A stretch of 41,316 bases of DNA, from NCBI GenBank assembly GCA_001872945.1, contig MNYC01000006.1, forward strand, positions 1 to 41,316, read 5' to 3'. Under the pieces are notes generated by a model, which did no database searches, was not told the DNA's origin, and saw only the letters and a program-made list of their open reading frames with translations. The position numbers were made by a program, and so were the translations under genes. How positions within the stretch are numbered: the first letter of the stretch is position 1; each line of letters begins with the position of its first letter. This stretch comes from a bacterium CG2_30_37_16 (GTDB taxonomy: Bacteria > Patescibacteriota > CPR2). This document shows positions 15,867 to 25,440 of the stretch, piece by piece.

Positions 15867-17009
15867 ATGTTAAATTCAAGCGTAAGCACTATAATTGCTC
15901 AAAAAATCAGCCCAATAATTTCTAAGAAAATTGTGCTAATTGACAAAAAGGGTCATTACCTTGCCAGTACTTATCCGGCCAACAGAACTAAAATTTATGA
16001 GATCTCAAAAGACCCGACCATTTTTCCCATTTACCAAAACGGATCAATTTCCGGTTACGTTAAAATTGATGAGCCTTTGTCAGTGGCTAAACCCTTAGCC
16101 ACAGCCGTAAAGTCTATGGTAGAACTTTTGGTCAATCAAATTGAGATGTCTGAAAACATTAGTTCCAAAGACCAGCGGCAGGACAAATTAATTTATGATA
16201 TTTTAAATAATGAAAATTTAGACGAAGATATTGCGCAGGCCGAAGCTAGAATTTTTGATATCAATCTGACGCATCCCAGAATTGTCCTTACGGTTTTAAT
16301 TGACGGAGAGAAGAAAGAAGAGCTTTTTAAAGATGACTTATCCATGCAGGACAAAGAATTAATATTAGGGCGCTATAAAAAAGGGATCCAGCGAGGTTTT
16401 GTTTCTTTTTACACGAGGCTAAACAGTAATGTAATTGCTTACTTTGGAAAAAATTTGTTCGTTGTTCTAAAGGATTTGGGAGAAAGAAAAGAAGAAAAAA
16501 AGAATGCCCTTCAGTTCGAAACCACCCTAAAAACAATCCATCAAATTATAAAAGATGAATTAAGATGCAATGTTACAATCGGCGTCGGTTCTTATCATCA
16601 TGGAATAAAGGGACTTAAAGACTCTTTTAAGGAAGCCTACCTTGCTTCCGAACTTGGTGAAGAACTTTGGGGCAGCGGAAAGGTGTTTAACATTAACGAT
16701 TTTGGGGTGGTGGCGCCGCTTCTTTCGGGTCTAAACGAAAAGAACCTCCAATTTTCTCAGAGGATGTTAAAAAAAATAGCTAAAGATGAAGAAATGGGAA
16801 AAACCGTCGAAGTTTTCCTAGATTCCAACATGTCTTTAACCAAGACATCCAAAATTTTAAAAATTCATCGGAATACCTTGGTTTACAGGTTGGATAAAAT
16901 TACTGAAAATTTGGGGCTTGATCCGCGAAATTTTGAGGATGCGGTTCAATTAAAGCTTGCCATGTTATTTAACCAATTTTCGGCGGGCAGCGAGGTGGTG
17001 GTAAAATGA
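15867..17009 (+). CDS. CdaR/PucR-family transcriptional regulator
   Basis: Diacid-recognition-like N-terminus, GGDEF-like middle (VTIGVG...LKDSFKEA), C-terminal HTH LKIHRNTLVYRLDKI...GLDPR. Confidence 0.92.
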   Translation: MLNSSVSTIIAQKISPIISKKIVLIDKKGHYLASTYPANRTKIYEISKDPTIFPIYQNGSISGYVKIDEPLSVAKPLATAVKSMVELLVNQIEMSENISSKDQRQDKLIYDILNNENLDEDIAQAEARIFDINLTHPRIVLTVLIDGEKKEELFKDDLSMQDKELILGRYKKGIQRGFVSFYTRLNSNVIAYFGKNLFVVLKDLGERKEEKKNALQFETTLKTIHQIIKDELRCNVTIGVGSYHHGIKGLKDSFKEAYLASELGEELWGSGKVFNINDFGVVAPLLSGLNEKNLQFSQRMLKKIAKDEEMGKTVEVFLDSNMSLTKTSKILKIHRNTLVYRLDKITENLGLDPRNFEDAVQLKLAMLFNQFSAGSEVVVK

Positions 17010-18178
17010 ACCTAAATAGAGATGTTGCCAAACAAATAACCGAAAAAACCAAGCAAATCTTGGGAAAGAAAATAATTATAACAGATGAAAAGGGGTCAGT
17101 TATATTTGGGGCTAGGCCCGGCGACTTTAACCTTTATGCCTATCAGTCAATACTTCGAAAAAGCGTGATAGAGGAAAAAAACGATGAACGTACGACGTGG
17201 TCGCCACTAACATATGAAGGTCAGGTAATCGGAGCGGTTGGCATTGAGGGTGCCTTTAAAGAGATTAAAAAGGATACCATAGACCTTATTCAAGGCCTGT
17301 CGGAGGTTCTTATTTATCAAGAGATCTTGCTTTGCCGAATTTATTCTATTGATAGGGCAAGGTCGGGGTTTATAAGAGAAGTGCTTTTGGAAGACACTTT
17401 AACCGACGAAAATCAAATTTATGACCAGGCAGATATTTTGCGAATCAATCTTAAGGCCAATCAGGCTGTAATTTTGGGTTACGTGAAGGGTCTGGAAGAA
17501 AATTTTCTTTCATCCCTGCAAAAACTTTCGCAAGAAGAAAAAATGGCCAAATTTGAAGAGCATATTTCAAAGATTTTGGCAGATATTCGGAAAGCTTTCG
17601 AAGATAATGATCAAAATGTGCCGGTTTACTTTGGAAACAATCTGTTTTTACTTTTAAAAGGGATTAGGGGAAGTAAAATTACAACAGAAAACTCAACCCG
17701 GTTTTTCAAGAGTAAGGGTGAGTATTTCATGGATAAATTAAAAGAAATAACCGGGATAGAAGATATTACGGTTGGTGTTGGTCAATTTTATCCCGGCCTA
17801 GAAGGTCTTAAAAATTCTTTTAATGATGCAAAACTGGCCCTAGAAATTGGTTGCAAAATTTGGGGACCGGGTAAGCTGTATCATATCTTGGATGTCGGAA
17901 TTTTTATCAGTCTCGCGCCTATCTCCCACCAGCGTAAATCGGATTTGACCTACCAATTGTTAAAACCACTTTTAGATGATGTGGAACTTAAAAAAACCGT
18001 CGATGTCTTCCTTACAAACGGGATGAATTTAACGGAAGCGGCAGAAGAACTCCATGTTCATAGAAATACGCTTATTTACCGCCTTGATAAAGTAAAGAAA
18101 GTTATTAAGCTGGACCCCAGGACTTTTAATGGGGCGATGCAGATTAAACTTGGTTTAATGTTATCCTCTCTAAAATAA
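17006..18178 (+). CDS. CdaR/PucR-family transcriptional regulator (second paralog)
   Basis: Same architecture; HTH LHVHRNTLIYRLDKV...LDPR; ATGA overlap with the first gene. Confidence 0.92.
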   Translation: MNLNRDVAKQITEKTKQILGKKIIITDEKGSVIFGARPGDFNLYAYQSILRKSVIEEKNDERTTWSPLTYEGQVIGAVGIEGAFKEIKKDTIDLIQGLSEVLIYQEILLCRIYSIDRARSGFIREVLLEDTLTDENQIYDQADILRINLKANQAVILGYVKGLEENFLSSLQKLSQEEKMAKFEEHISKILADIRKAFEDNDQNVPVYFGNNLFLLLKGIRGSKITTENSTRFFKSKGEYFMDKLKEITGIEDITVGVGQFYPGLEGLKNSFNDAKLALEIGCKIWGPGKLYHILDVGIFISLAPISHQRKSDLTYQLLKPLLDDVELKKTVDVFLTNGMNLTEAAEELHVHRNTLIYRLDKVKKVIKLDPRTFNGAMQIKLGLMLSSLK

Positions 18179-18233
18179 AAAAATTTACATATTGGCCAAT
18201 GATTATTTTGGGCCAATTATTTATAGTGAAAAC

Positions 18234-18371
18234 ATCAACCTGCCTTGTGCGAGTTGGTGCTCCAATATAAAAAAACAAATCTCTCTTTTAAAGTGGCCGT
18301 GGCCCTTTTATGGGGAGAAAAACGTATAAAAATGAGCATCTAACAAACGGCAAGGCAGATTTTGCTTTTTT
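18234..18371 (+). ncRNA. Candidate structured ncRNA, 6S-RNA-like rod with central bubble
   Basis: CTGCCTTG(18240-47)/CAAGGCAG(18351-58); GGTGCTC/GAGCATC; A-rich unpaired 18- and 16-nt strands; terminal stem CTCTCT..TAAAG.GGC/GCC.CTTT..GGGGAG; TATAGT upstream and a U tract downstream. Confidence 0.55.
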
Positions 18372-18389
18372 AAAGCCTTTATAATTCTA

Positions 18390-18418
18390 TTGACATGAAG
18401 CCTTCATCTCGCTATTTA
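18390..18418 (+). promoter_or_regulatory. Candidate sigma70 promoter with a palindrome in the spacer
   Basis: TTGACA-17 bp-TATTTA; the ATGAAG-C-CTTCAT dyad begins at the end of the -35 box. Confidence 0.5.
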
Positions 18419-18470
18419 ATAGGTTAGAGGGAAATTATCGCCCTCGAGTCTAATTAGAAAGGAGGTGAAG

Positions 18471-19148
18471 ATGATGAATACCATTTCTTGGACAGATGCC
18501 GCAGATAAAATTTCGGGTTCTTTGCAACAGGTAGTTGACTATATTCCTAACGTATTTACGTTTGTAGTCATAATTTTGCTTGGTATACTTTTTGGTTGGG
18601 CAGTGCAAACCCTGATTGTCAGAGGTTTAAAGGCGCTTAACTTAAAGCCTTATATTGACAAGTTAGGTCTTAAAACTATTTATCCGGCCAAATTTGATTT
18701 TATCGAGTTTTTGGGCGACCTAGCTCAGTGGATTGTTATTATCGCATTTTTACTGCCGGCATTAGAAGCGTTAAATATCTCGGACGGAACTTTAAGTCCC
18801 GTTTCTGATATAGTTAGCTTTTTGCCAAAAGTAATAATCGCCTCTGTCATATTCCTAGTTGGTGTTGTAGTCGCTGACTTTTTATCGAGAGCCGTTGAAG
18901 GTGTTGCAGCTGCTTTAAAAGCAAAACAATCCAGATTTTTGGCCGACATGGTCAGATGGCTTGTTGTAATTGCCGCTTTCCTTCTTGCTCTAAATAAAAT
19001 TGAAATAGTCGGGATCAACATTCTAGACGTTATGACTCAAGGCTTAGTTTACGGCTTTACGGCTGCATTTGCTATTGCCTTCGGCTTTGGCGGACAAGAC
19101 GTTGCCAGAGATATCCTTCAGAGATTTAGAAAGAATTTGCCGAAATAG
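18471..19148 (+). CDS. TM-helix-repeat membrane protein (CmpX / MscS-associated TM domain family)
   Basis: Two repeats (YIPNV...GILFGW and FLPKVIIA...GVVVA); C-terminal AIAFGFGGQDVA; AAAGGAGGTG RBS favours ATG 18471/18474. Confidence 0.85.
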   Translation: MMNTISWTDAADKISGSLQQVVDYIPNVFTFVVIILLGILFGWAVQTLIVRGLKALNLKPYIDKLGLKTIYPAKFDFIEFLGDLAQWIVIIAFLLPALEALNISDGTLSPVSDIVSFLPKVIIASVIFLVGVVVADFLSRAVEGVAAALKAKQSRFLADMVRWLVVIAAFLLALNKIEIVGINILDVMTQGLVYGFTAAFAIAFGFGGQDVARDILQRFRKNLPK

Positions 19149-19156
19149 AAAAACAA

Positions 19157-19216
19157 AAAACACCCTCATTCCTATTATCCCCCTCCTTTTGGGAGGGGCT
19201 AGGGGAGGGTGTTTTT
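19157..19216. terminator. Terminator-like branched hairpin (CCCTCC...GGAGGG repeat type); related copy at ~38659-38721
   Basis: AAAACACCCTC...GAGGGTGTTTTT outer stem; inner CCCCTCC-TTTTG-GGAGGGG. Confidence 0.75.
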
Positions 19217-19694
19217 AATGTCAAATTTCAAATAACAAATGTCAAATAAAGCACTAATTTCTAAATCCTAAATACTAAACAATATCAAAAAATATAAGTT
19301 CAAAACCTAAGCGATTAGAAACTACCTTCATCTTTAAGTCGTCATTCCCGTCTTCGACTCTCTTTCGACCATGAGCTCAAGACCGAATGGTGAGGGATGA
19401 GCCCTCGGGGCTCAGACTCGATGAGCGGAGGCGGGAATCTAGAATGCACTAGAGCAAACATAATAACTGGATTTCCGATCCCTTCTTCGCTACGCTTCGT
19501 CAGGGCAGGCAGGTTGGGAATAACGATTCCGGGGTTTTTATTGTCTTTTTAATAATTGAATAATTGTTAATTGATTGAAAATTGCAAAATTGATAATTTA
19601 AAATTAATTGGACCAATTAGGATTTAGAAATTAGTGCTTTATTTGGTATTTGGCATTTGTAATTTGGAATTCCCAAATCCTAAAGTTTTTGGGT
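19217..19694. repeat. Composite repeat locus: heptamer arms enclosing a GTCATTCCCG...GGGAATAAC element with nested hairpin inserts
   Basis: AATGTCA/AATTTCA left arm; TTTGGCA/TTTGTAA right arm; AAATAAAGCACTAATTTCTAAATCCTAA pairs with TTAGGATTTAGAAATTAGTGCTTTATTT; central element ~19341-19524. Confidence 0.85.
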
Positions 19695-20624
19695 TTATTT
19701 TTTATAAAAATCTGCTGCATCTTCTGGAAAGACGGGATTTATGATTACGCCTGATCCTATTTCGAAACCGCCCCAAACATTCATGCGGCTGGCAATCTTC
19801 AACCTGAAATGGTGGTCGTTATGGGGAAGGGAATCGTGAATAAAAAAGTTATACGGTATTTCCTCTGTGTCTAATCTTGAGGTTGCAATTTTTAAAGCTT
19901 TGGCTATTGAAAGTCTTTCTTCCGGTGTCAGGTCTTCAAGCTTATTTTTATGTGCTTTTGGCAGTACCCATAGAGCATATGGTGAGGAAGACGCCCAAGG
20001 ACAAAGTGCCACAACATTATCATCATCAAACACAATCCGTTCTTTTTCTTTCAGTTCTTTTTTAATGATGTCGCAGTATGCGCAGCTGCCGTTTTCACAA
20101 CAATACTTATCCATGGCCATGGTGTCCGCCATCATGTGATGGGGGATATATTCCAAGCCGATAATTTGCGAATGGGCGTGGGGGATAGAAGCTCCGGCTT
20201 TACCGCCGTCATTTTTAAACACCTGAACATAATTTATGTTCTCTAACTCGTTTATAGCTTTTATTCTGGCGGCATATACGTCCAAGACGGTTCTAATATG
20301 TTCGGGGGAAAGATCGCAAAAATCTTCGCCGTGGTTGGGGGTGTCTATAACTATTTCTTGTTTACCGTAGGCTTTTTTATTGGTTAAAGAAAGGGCGGGG
20401 AACTTATTTTCAACTACCTTAACCAGCCATTTGCCGCCAACGTCAATTTTATAAACGGCCTTGTCTTCGTCTGGTCCGGGGCAAAAGAAACAGTTTTCTT
20501 TAAACTGCTCTTTTCTTTTAGCGTCTTCTTCGGAGATCTTATGAGGTCTTAAGCCTCTCTTTGGTGCAAAAATAACGTATTTGTCGCCAAAAAAACTCTT
20601 TCTAATCTCACTTATTTTCTTCAT
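19695..20624 (-). CDS. galT: Galactose-1-phosphate uridylyltransferase-like (GalT/HIT superfamily)
   Basis: APKRGLRP, CFFCPG, NKFPAL, FKNDGGKAGASIPHAHSQI (HxHxQ), CAYC, GGFEIGSG..INPVFPE. Confidence 0.88.
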   Translation of the reverse strand: MKKISEIRKSFFGDKYVIFAPKRGLRPHKISEEDAKRKEQFKENCFFCPGPDEDKAVYKIDVGGKWLVKVVENKFPALSLTNKKAYGKQEIVIDTPNHGEDFCDLSPEHIRTVLDVYAARIKAINELENINYVQVFKNDGGKAGASIPHAHSQIIGLEYIPHHMMADTMAMDKYCCENGSCAYCDIIKKELKEKERIVFDDDNVVALCPWASSSPYALWVLPKAHKNKLEDLTPEERLSIAKALKIATSRLDTEEIPYNFFIHDSLPHNDHHFRLKIASRMNVWGGFEIGSGVIINPVFPEDAADFYKK

Positions 20625-21246
20625 ATTTTTTCCTTTTTTTACGTTTAACTATATTGTAGATGAATTTATAACCGATGTAAAAAAAGAACCCAAAACCGAT
20701 GAAGAACAAAATTAAAAAAATCAAATTTCGTAAGTGAGGATAGTGTGTCCAATAGTAAAATGCGATTTGAGTTGCTTTCATTTCCAAAATTGACATAAAA
20801 ATGAGACCGATTAAAGTCCATGTGGCATAAGTTTTGTATCGTACCTTGGCAAAACCCGCTATCATAGCGGTGAAAGGGCGGATATAGCCGATGAGTTGTC
20901 CGCCTAGTATTGCCACGGCGCCATACTCATCAAACCATTTCTGAAGTTTTTTTTGGGCATGAATAACAGTATCTCTCTTTTGCATCCTTTTTGCATAAAT
21001 ACTTTCTCCGGTTCTGGCTAAGATATAAGAGGTTACGGAACCTGAAAACTTAGAAAGAACGGCAAATAAAATAGCCATAAAAAAACTGATTTTGCCGGTG
21101 TTAACATAGGTTGTAAGTAAAAGTACGGCAGCGATAGTTGGCAAAGGAATACCCATGTTTTCAAAAAAGAATGTTACAAAAATTCCGACATAACCGAATT
21201 GTCCAATAAAGTTAATTTGTTTTCCCAGTTCAGGTATGATATCCAT
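20608..21246 (-). CDS. DedA-family membrane protein
   Basis: GYVGIF...ENMGIPLP, WFDEYG, IGYIRPF..MIAG. Confidence 0.88.
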   Translation of the reverse strand: MDIIPELGKQINFIGQFGYVGIFVTFFFENMGIPLPTIAAVLLLTTYVNTGKISFFMAILFAVLSKFSGSVTSYILARTGESIYAKRMQKRDTVIHAQKKLQKWFDEYGAVAILGGQLIGYIRPFTAMIAGFAKVRYKTYATWTLIGLIFMSILEMKATQIAFYYWTHYPHLRNLIFLILFFIGFGFFFYIGYKFIYNIVKRKKRKKYEENK

Positions 21247-21250
21247 TTTT

Positions 21251-22066
21251 TTATTCTATCACAAACAATTCGTTTTTTCTTATTGAACTTTGAAGCAAAA
21301 TTCTAGGCCATACCATTTTTAATTGAGATTTATATTGCAATACAGCTTCTGTCTTATTGTCGAGGGTGTTTGTGGTAAGGTAAAATTTTTGCCATTTGTA
21401 TTTGACGTTCATTAGCTTTACTGGGGGCAGCATGTGTTTTGTCGGGTAAAGTCCTTCGGGGCGCGGCCAATATTGAAAATGAACTAAATAACGGTATTTT
21501 AAAATTTTTGAATAATCGGAGGCAGCGTAAATTTCGTCAATTGTTTCAGCGGCAGCCCTGTGATCTACGTGACTATCTTCCACTAGTGGACTGAATATAA
21601 TTGTTGGTTTAAAATCATCAATGTCAATTTTTGCTTTTTTAGAAAATTCACTTTTGTGGTTCTTTAGTTTAGAATCGGGGAAATCATAAAACTTGATATT
21701 TTTCTCATTAACGCCGATAATGCTGGTAACTTTTTTAAGTTCGGCATATCTCGTTTTTTTAAGTTTGCGTCTGTTTCCGTCTGTGATGCAAATAATTTCT
21801 ACTTTTGCGCCTATTGAAACTGCCTGGTGCATAAAACCGCCGGCAGCAATAGTTTCATCGTCGGGATGCGGTGAAAAAACTAAAATGCGGTCGCTGGATT
21901 TGGGGGCGGGAATTTCGTCCAAGAGGTTTGATAAAGGATCGGGTAGTACACCATAATATTTAAAGTATATTGTAAAAGAAACAAAACAAACGGTTCCAAA
22001 GGCTAAAAGGGATATCAAAACTACTCGGTATTTTTGCGGTATTTTGTTAAAACTCTTTTTAACCAT
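21251..22066 (-). CDS. PIG-L/LmbE-family N-deacetylase with N-terminal membrane anchor
   Basis: SPHPDDE, ITDG, R.AE, DSHVDH, YKSQL motifs. Confidence 0.92.
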   Translation of the reverse strand: MVKKSFNKIPQKYRVVLISLLAFGTVCFVSFTIYFKYYGVLPDPLSNLLDEIPAPKSSDRILVFSPHPDDETIAAGGFMHQAVSIGAKVEIICITDGNRRKLKKTRYAELKKVTSIIGVNEKNIKFYDFPDSKLKNHKSEFSKKAKIDIDDFKPTIIFSPLVEDSHVDHRAAAETIDEIYAASDYSKILKYRYLVHFQYWPRPEGLYPTKHMLPPVKLMNVKYKWQKFYLTTNTLDNKTEAVLQYKSQLKMVWPRILLQSSIRKNELFVIE

Positions 22067-22168
22067 AGCGATAATATTATAGCAAGGATAAAGTCATTTT
22101 AAAATTGTTATTAACTCTTTTTAAAAACTGTTGTACAATCCGGTTGCAATCAGCAGGAAGGACTAAGT

Positions 22169-24271
22169 ATGGCAAGAAAAGGAAAAATATCTCATAAAAG
22201 GCGAAAAGAGCTAGCTGAAAAGAAAGAAGCATTTTTTAAGAATTTAATGCAATCTGGTTGGATGGGTTTTTTGTTTTTGCTGCCGTTTTTAAGGTCGGAG
22301 ACTTTTTTCGGCGTGGAGTCGCCAAAATTTTTCCTCAGTGTAATTGTTATTTTTTTACTTTGTATAATTGCGATTATTGGTTACTTAAAGAAAAAAATTG
22401 ATATACCATTCTCAAAGAAATTTATTATACTTGGAGCTTTTCTGGCTGCCATTTTGTTGGCCACCCTTAATTCCGTGGATAAATTGGTTAGTTTCCTTGG
22501 CATGTATCCGCATTTTCATACTGGATTTTTAGCCTTTCTGTTATGTGTTTTATTATTTTTTATAATAATTTTAAGCAGGCCCACCAAAGATGACATAGAC
22601 AGGTTTCTAAAAGTATTTGTTATTATTTCCGGCATCATTTCTCTTCAGGCAATTTTAGAGGTTTTGGGCTTATTTTTCGTTGGTGACGCGGTGGCTTTTG
22701 AATCCGGACGAGCAAAAGGAATGCTGCAGAATTCGGACATCACGTTGTCTTACTTGTTGTTTGTTTATCCTTTTTCTTTTTACTATTATTTAAAAGAGAA
22801 AAAATCGGAAATAAAATTAGCTCTTGGGTTTGCAATTGTCTCCGGCGCGTATGCAATTTTTAGGTTATTGCCTCAAGGAATGCAGGAAATTTTTTTAAAA
22901 AACACTGCCGGAAATGCTATTTTTGCTCTTTCGATATTATCGCTTTTAGCTTTCTTTATGTGGCCGCGAATTGGAAAGAAAATAAGGATTGGCAATTTAA
23001 TTAAAAATAATAAGAAGAAGATTTTTTTAAGTTTAAGCTTCCTACTAGCACTGGGAATAGGCTTAACCTATAATTTAGGTAATGGTAGTATTGCGGATTT
23101 TGCGAGTAATTCTTCTAATGTGCAGCGTTTCTGGGGTTGGAAAGCGGGAATAGAAAACGGAAAAGAACATTTTTTAACCGGCACCGGTCCGGGAACAATA
23201 TCTTACTTTCTGCCAAAAATAAGAGAAAAAATTCCATTTGAGGGTTGGGATGATAATACAACTACCAATAATGTCCACAATGAGCCAATAGATTATTTCG
23301 CCATGGATGGCATACTGGGACTTTCCGGATATTTATTGTGGTGGGGTTTTATAGTTTACTTACTGGTTAAAGGCTTAAAAACAGAGCATAAACTGTTCTT
23401 TGGATTTTCTATTATGTCAATGTTCTTGTTTTTTGGCTTCAATATGTTTTTGTTTGCCTCTATTGCCACTATGTTTTTGCCATGGATGATGGCCGCCTTT
23501 GCCTTTATAATTTACGGCACTGTGTCTTACAGGCCCATGAGTAAGGAGATAAACTTTTCTTTAACTCGGAAATTCTCATTGTCAGCTGCTGTTTTAATCT
23601 CGGTAGTATTTATAGTTGGCAGTTTAGTTTACTGGGTGGCGGATTATAATTATGGACTCGGATTTAAAGATTCGGATAAGTCAGACTATCCAAAAAGGGC
23701 GGCTAAATATATAAAGCGGGCTGTTAGTCTTTTTCCTTTAAACGATAATTATCATCTTTATTACAGCTATTATGCTTACCAGAATTTTGCAACGGACAAC
23801 GATACCAGCAATGAAAGGAAAATGATTGAGAAAAAAGGCGAAGCTGGAAAGATTTTAAGTCATGCTAGAAGAGTAGTTGACTTAAAACCCTTAAACGCAA
23901 GAGGTTGGACGAATTATGGTATGATTTTACTTGGATTTCAAAAATTAGAGGGAAACCGTGCATTGGCTGAAGACGCGTATAAAAAAGCTTTAGAAAAGGA
24001 TCCTCATAGCGAAATAATACACATGCAGATCTCGCAGGGCTACTGGTATGTGGGTGAAAAAGCGAAGGCGGAAGGATATGTGAAGCAAGCAATTAAATTA
24101 TCGGGAAAGCCCACCCGGACTCAATGCTATATGGTTCTAGCCAAGTTTTACATGAACGACAAGAAGAAGAAAGAAGCTCTTACCGCCTTTACCGAAGCAA
24201 AAAAATGGGCAAATAGCAAACAACTGGAAGAAATTAATTACTTTTCGGATGTGTTAAATGGCAAAGAATAG
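22169..24271 (+). CDS. O-antigen ligase/oligosaccharyltransferase-family membrane protein with C-terminal TPRs
   Basis: ~12 TM segments, GRAKGMLQN, R...W, GTGPGT, VHNE...GILG, TPR-like tail. Confidence 0.85.
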   Translation: MARKGKISHKRRKELAEKKEAFFKNLMQSGWMGFLFLLPFLRSETFFGVESPKFFLSVIVIFLLCIIAIIGYLKKKIDIPFSKKFIILGAFLAAILLATLNSVDKLVSFLGMYPHFHTGFLAFLLCVLLFFIIILSRPTKDDIDRFLKVFVIISGIISLQAILEVLGLFFVGDAVAFESGRAKGMLQNSDITLSYLLFVYPFSFYYYLKEKKSEIKLALGFAIVSGAYAIFRLLPQGMQEIFLKNTAGNAIFALSILSLLAFFMWPRIGKKIRIGNLIKNNKKKIFLSLSFLLALGIGLTYNLGNGSIADFASNSSNVQRFWGWKAGIENGKEHFLTGTGPGTISYFLPKIREKIPFEGWDDNTTTNNVHNEPIDYFAMDGILGLSGYLLWWGFIVYLLVKGLKTEHKLFFGFSIMSMFLFFGFNMFLFASIATMFLPWMMAAFAFIIYGTVSYRPMSKEINFSLTRKFSLSAAVLISVVFIVGSLVYWVADYNYGLGFKDSDKSDYPKRAAKYIKRAVSLFPLNDNYHLYYSYYAYQNFATDNDTSNERKMIEKKGEAGKILSHARRVVDLKPLNARGWTNYGMILLGFQKLEGNRALAEDAYKKALEKDPHSEIIHMQISQGYWYVGEKAKAEGYVKQAIKLSGKPTRTQCYMVLAKFYMNDKKKKEALTAFTEAKKWANSKQLEEINYFSDVLNGKE

Positions 24272-24385
24272 GTGGTAAAATAAATATATGTTGATTGTTC
24301 GGCGCCAAGAAGTATTAGTAATTGTTATAGAGTTTTATTTTGAGTCAGTATTTGACATAATGTAAACTAAAGAGGAGTGAAATAT

Positions 24386-25378
24386 ATGAAAATCTTAGTT
24401 ACCGGAGGCGCTGGTTTTATAGGCTCTCATTTATCAAAAGCCTTAATCGAAAGGGGCGATAATGTTGTTATTATTGATAATTTTAATGATTTTTATGATC
24501 CAAAGCTAAAAAGGGATCGGATTTCCAAATTTCTTAAAGGCTGTAAGTTTACACTTTACGAGGGAGATATCAGGGATTATCAATTTTTAGAGACAATCTT
24601 TAAAAAAGAAAAGTTGGACAAGGTAATGCATTTAGCAGCGGTGGCTGGAGTGAGGCATTCATTAATTGACCCTTTTGTATATGAAGAAGTTAATGTTAGA
24701 GGTACCTTAAATCTATTGGAATTAAGTGTTAAATATAAAATTCAAAATTTTATTTTTGCTTCATCCTCTTCCGTCTATGGTTTAAGTAAAGAAGCTATTT
24801 TTTCGGAGCATCACTGTGTTGATTTTCCAATTTCCATGTACGCAGCTTCTAAAAGAGCGAAAGAATTAATGGCGCATGTTTATAGTCATATCCATGGTTT
24901 AAACACAGTCGGTCTTAGATATTTTTCAGTATACGGACCGTGGGGGCGGCCCGATATGGCATTATTTAAATTTACCAAAAATATTTTAGAGGATAAGCCG
25001 ATTGATGTTTATAATTATGGCAAGATGTCTCGCAGTTTCACTTACATTGACGATATAGTTACTGGTACACTTAAAGCGATTGATCAAAATTTTAAATATG
25101 AAATTATTAACATTGGCGGTGCTAAAGAAGAGCAACTAATGCGTTATATTAAGTTAATAGAAAAATATCTTGGAAAAAAAGCAAAAAAAAATCTTATGCC
25201 AATGCAACCCGGCGATATACATGTTTCAATGGCTGATTCTAGGAAACTTAGTAAATTAGATTGGAATCCCAAAACTTCAATAGATGAAGGCATCAAACAT
25301 TTTATAAACTGGTATAAAAATTATTACAACGTGGGCGATCAAGAAGAAGCAGAAGCCGAACAAACTGCAAGTGTTTAA
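24386..25378 (+). CDS. NAD-dependent sugar epimerase (UDP-glucuronate 4-epimerase-like)
   Basis: TGGAGFIG, HLAAVAGVR, ASSSSVYG, YAASK, VYGPWGRPDMA, MQPGD. Confidence 0.93.
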   Translation: MKILVTGGAGFIGSHLSKALIERGDNVVIIDNFNDFYDPKLKRDRISKFLKGCKFTLYEGDIRDYQFLETIFKKEKLDKVMHLAAVAGVRHSLIDPFVYEEVNVRGTLNLLELSVKYKIQNFIFASSSSVYGLSKEAIFSEHHCVDFPISMYAASKRAKELMAHVYSHIHGLNTVGLRYFSVYGPWGRPDMALFKFTKNILEDKPIDVYNYGKMSRSFTYIDDIVTGTLKAIDQNFKYEIINIGGAKEEQLMRYIKLIEKYLGKKAKKNLMPMQPGDIHVSMADSRKLSKLDWNPKTSIDEGIKHFINWYKNYYNVGDQEEAEAEQTASV

Positions 25379-25440
25379 CCTTAATGATCAGACGGCGGGT
25401 TTCTTTGATATTGCCTATTAGAAAGGCTAGAAAAACAGGG

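Noticed and set aside
18191..18217. ATTGGCCAAT / GGGCCAAT dyads as regulator binding sites
   Set aside because: Equally explained as a weak hairpin after the regulator operon stop; no independent support.
18234..18371. SRP RNA or a known riboswitch
   Set aside because: Lacks the SRP helix-8 GNRA loop with the CAGG/AGCA internal loop; no riboswitch consensus recognised; a separate promoter lies between it and the next gene.
19217..19694. Possible CRISPR array in the repeat-rich spacers
   Set aside because: No constant-length direct repeats with unique spacers and no cas genes; the repeats are degenerate 7-mers and palindromes.
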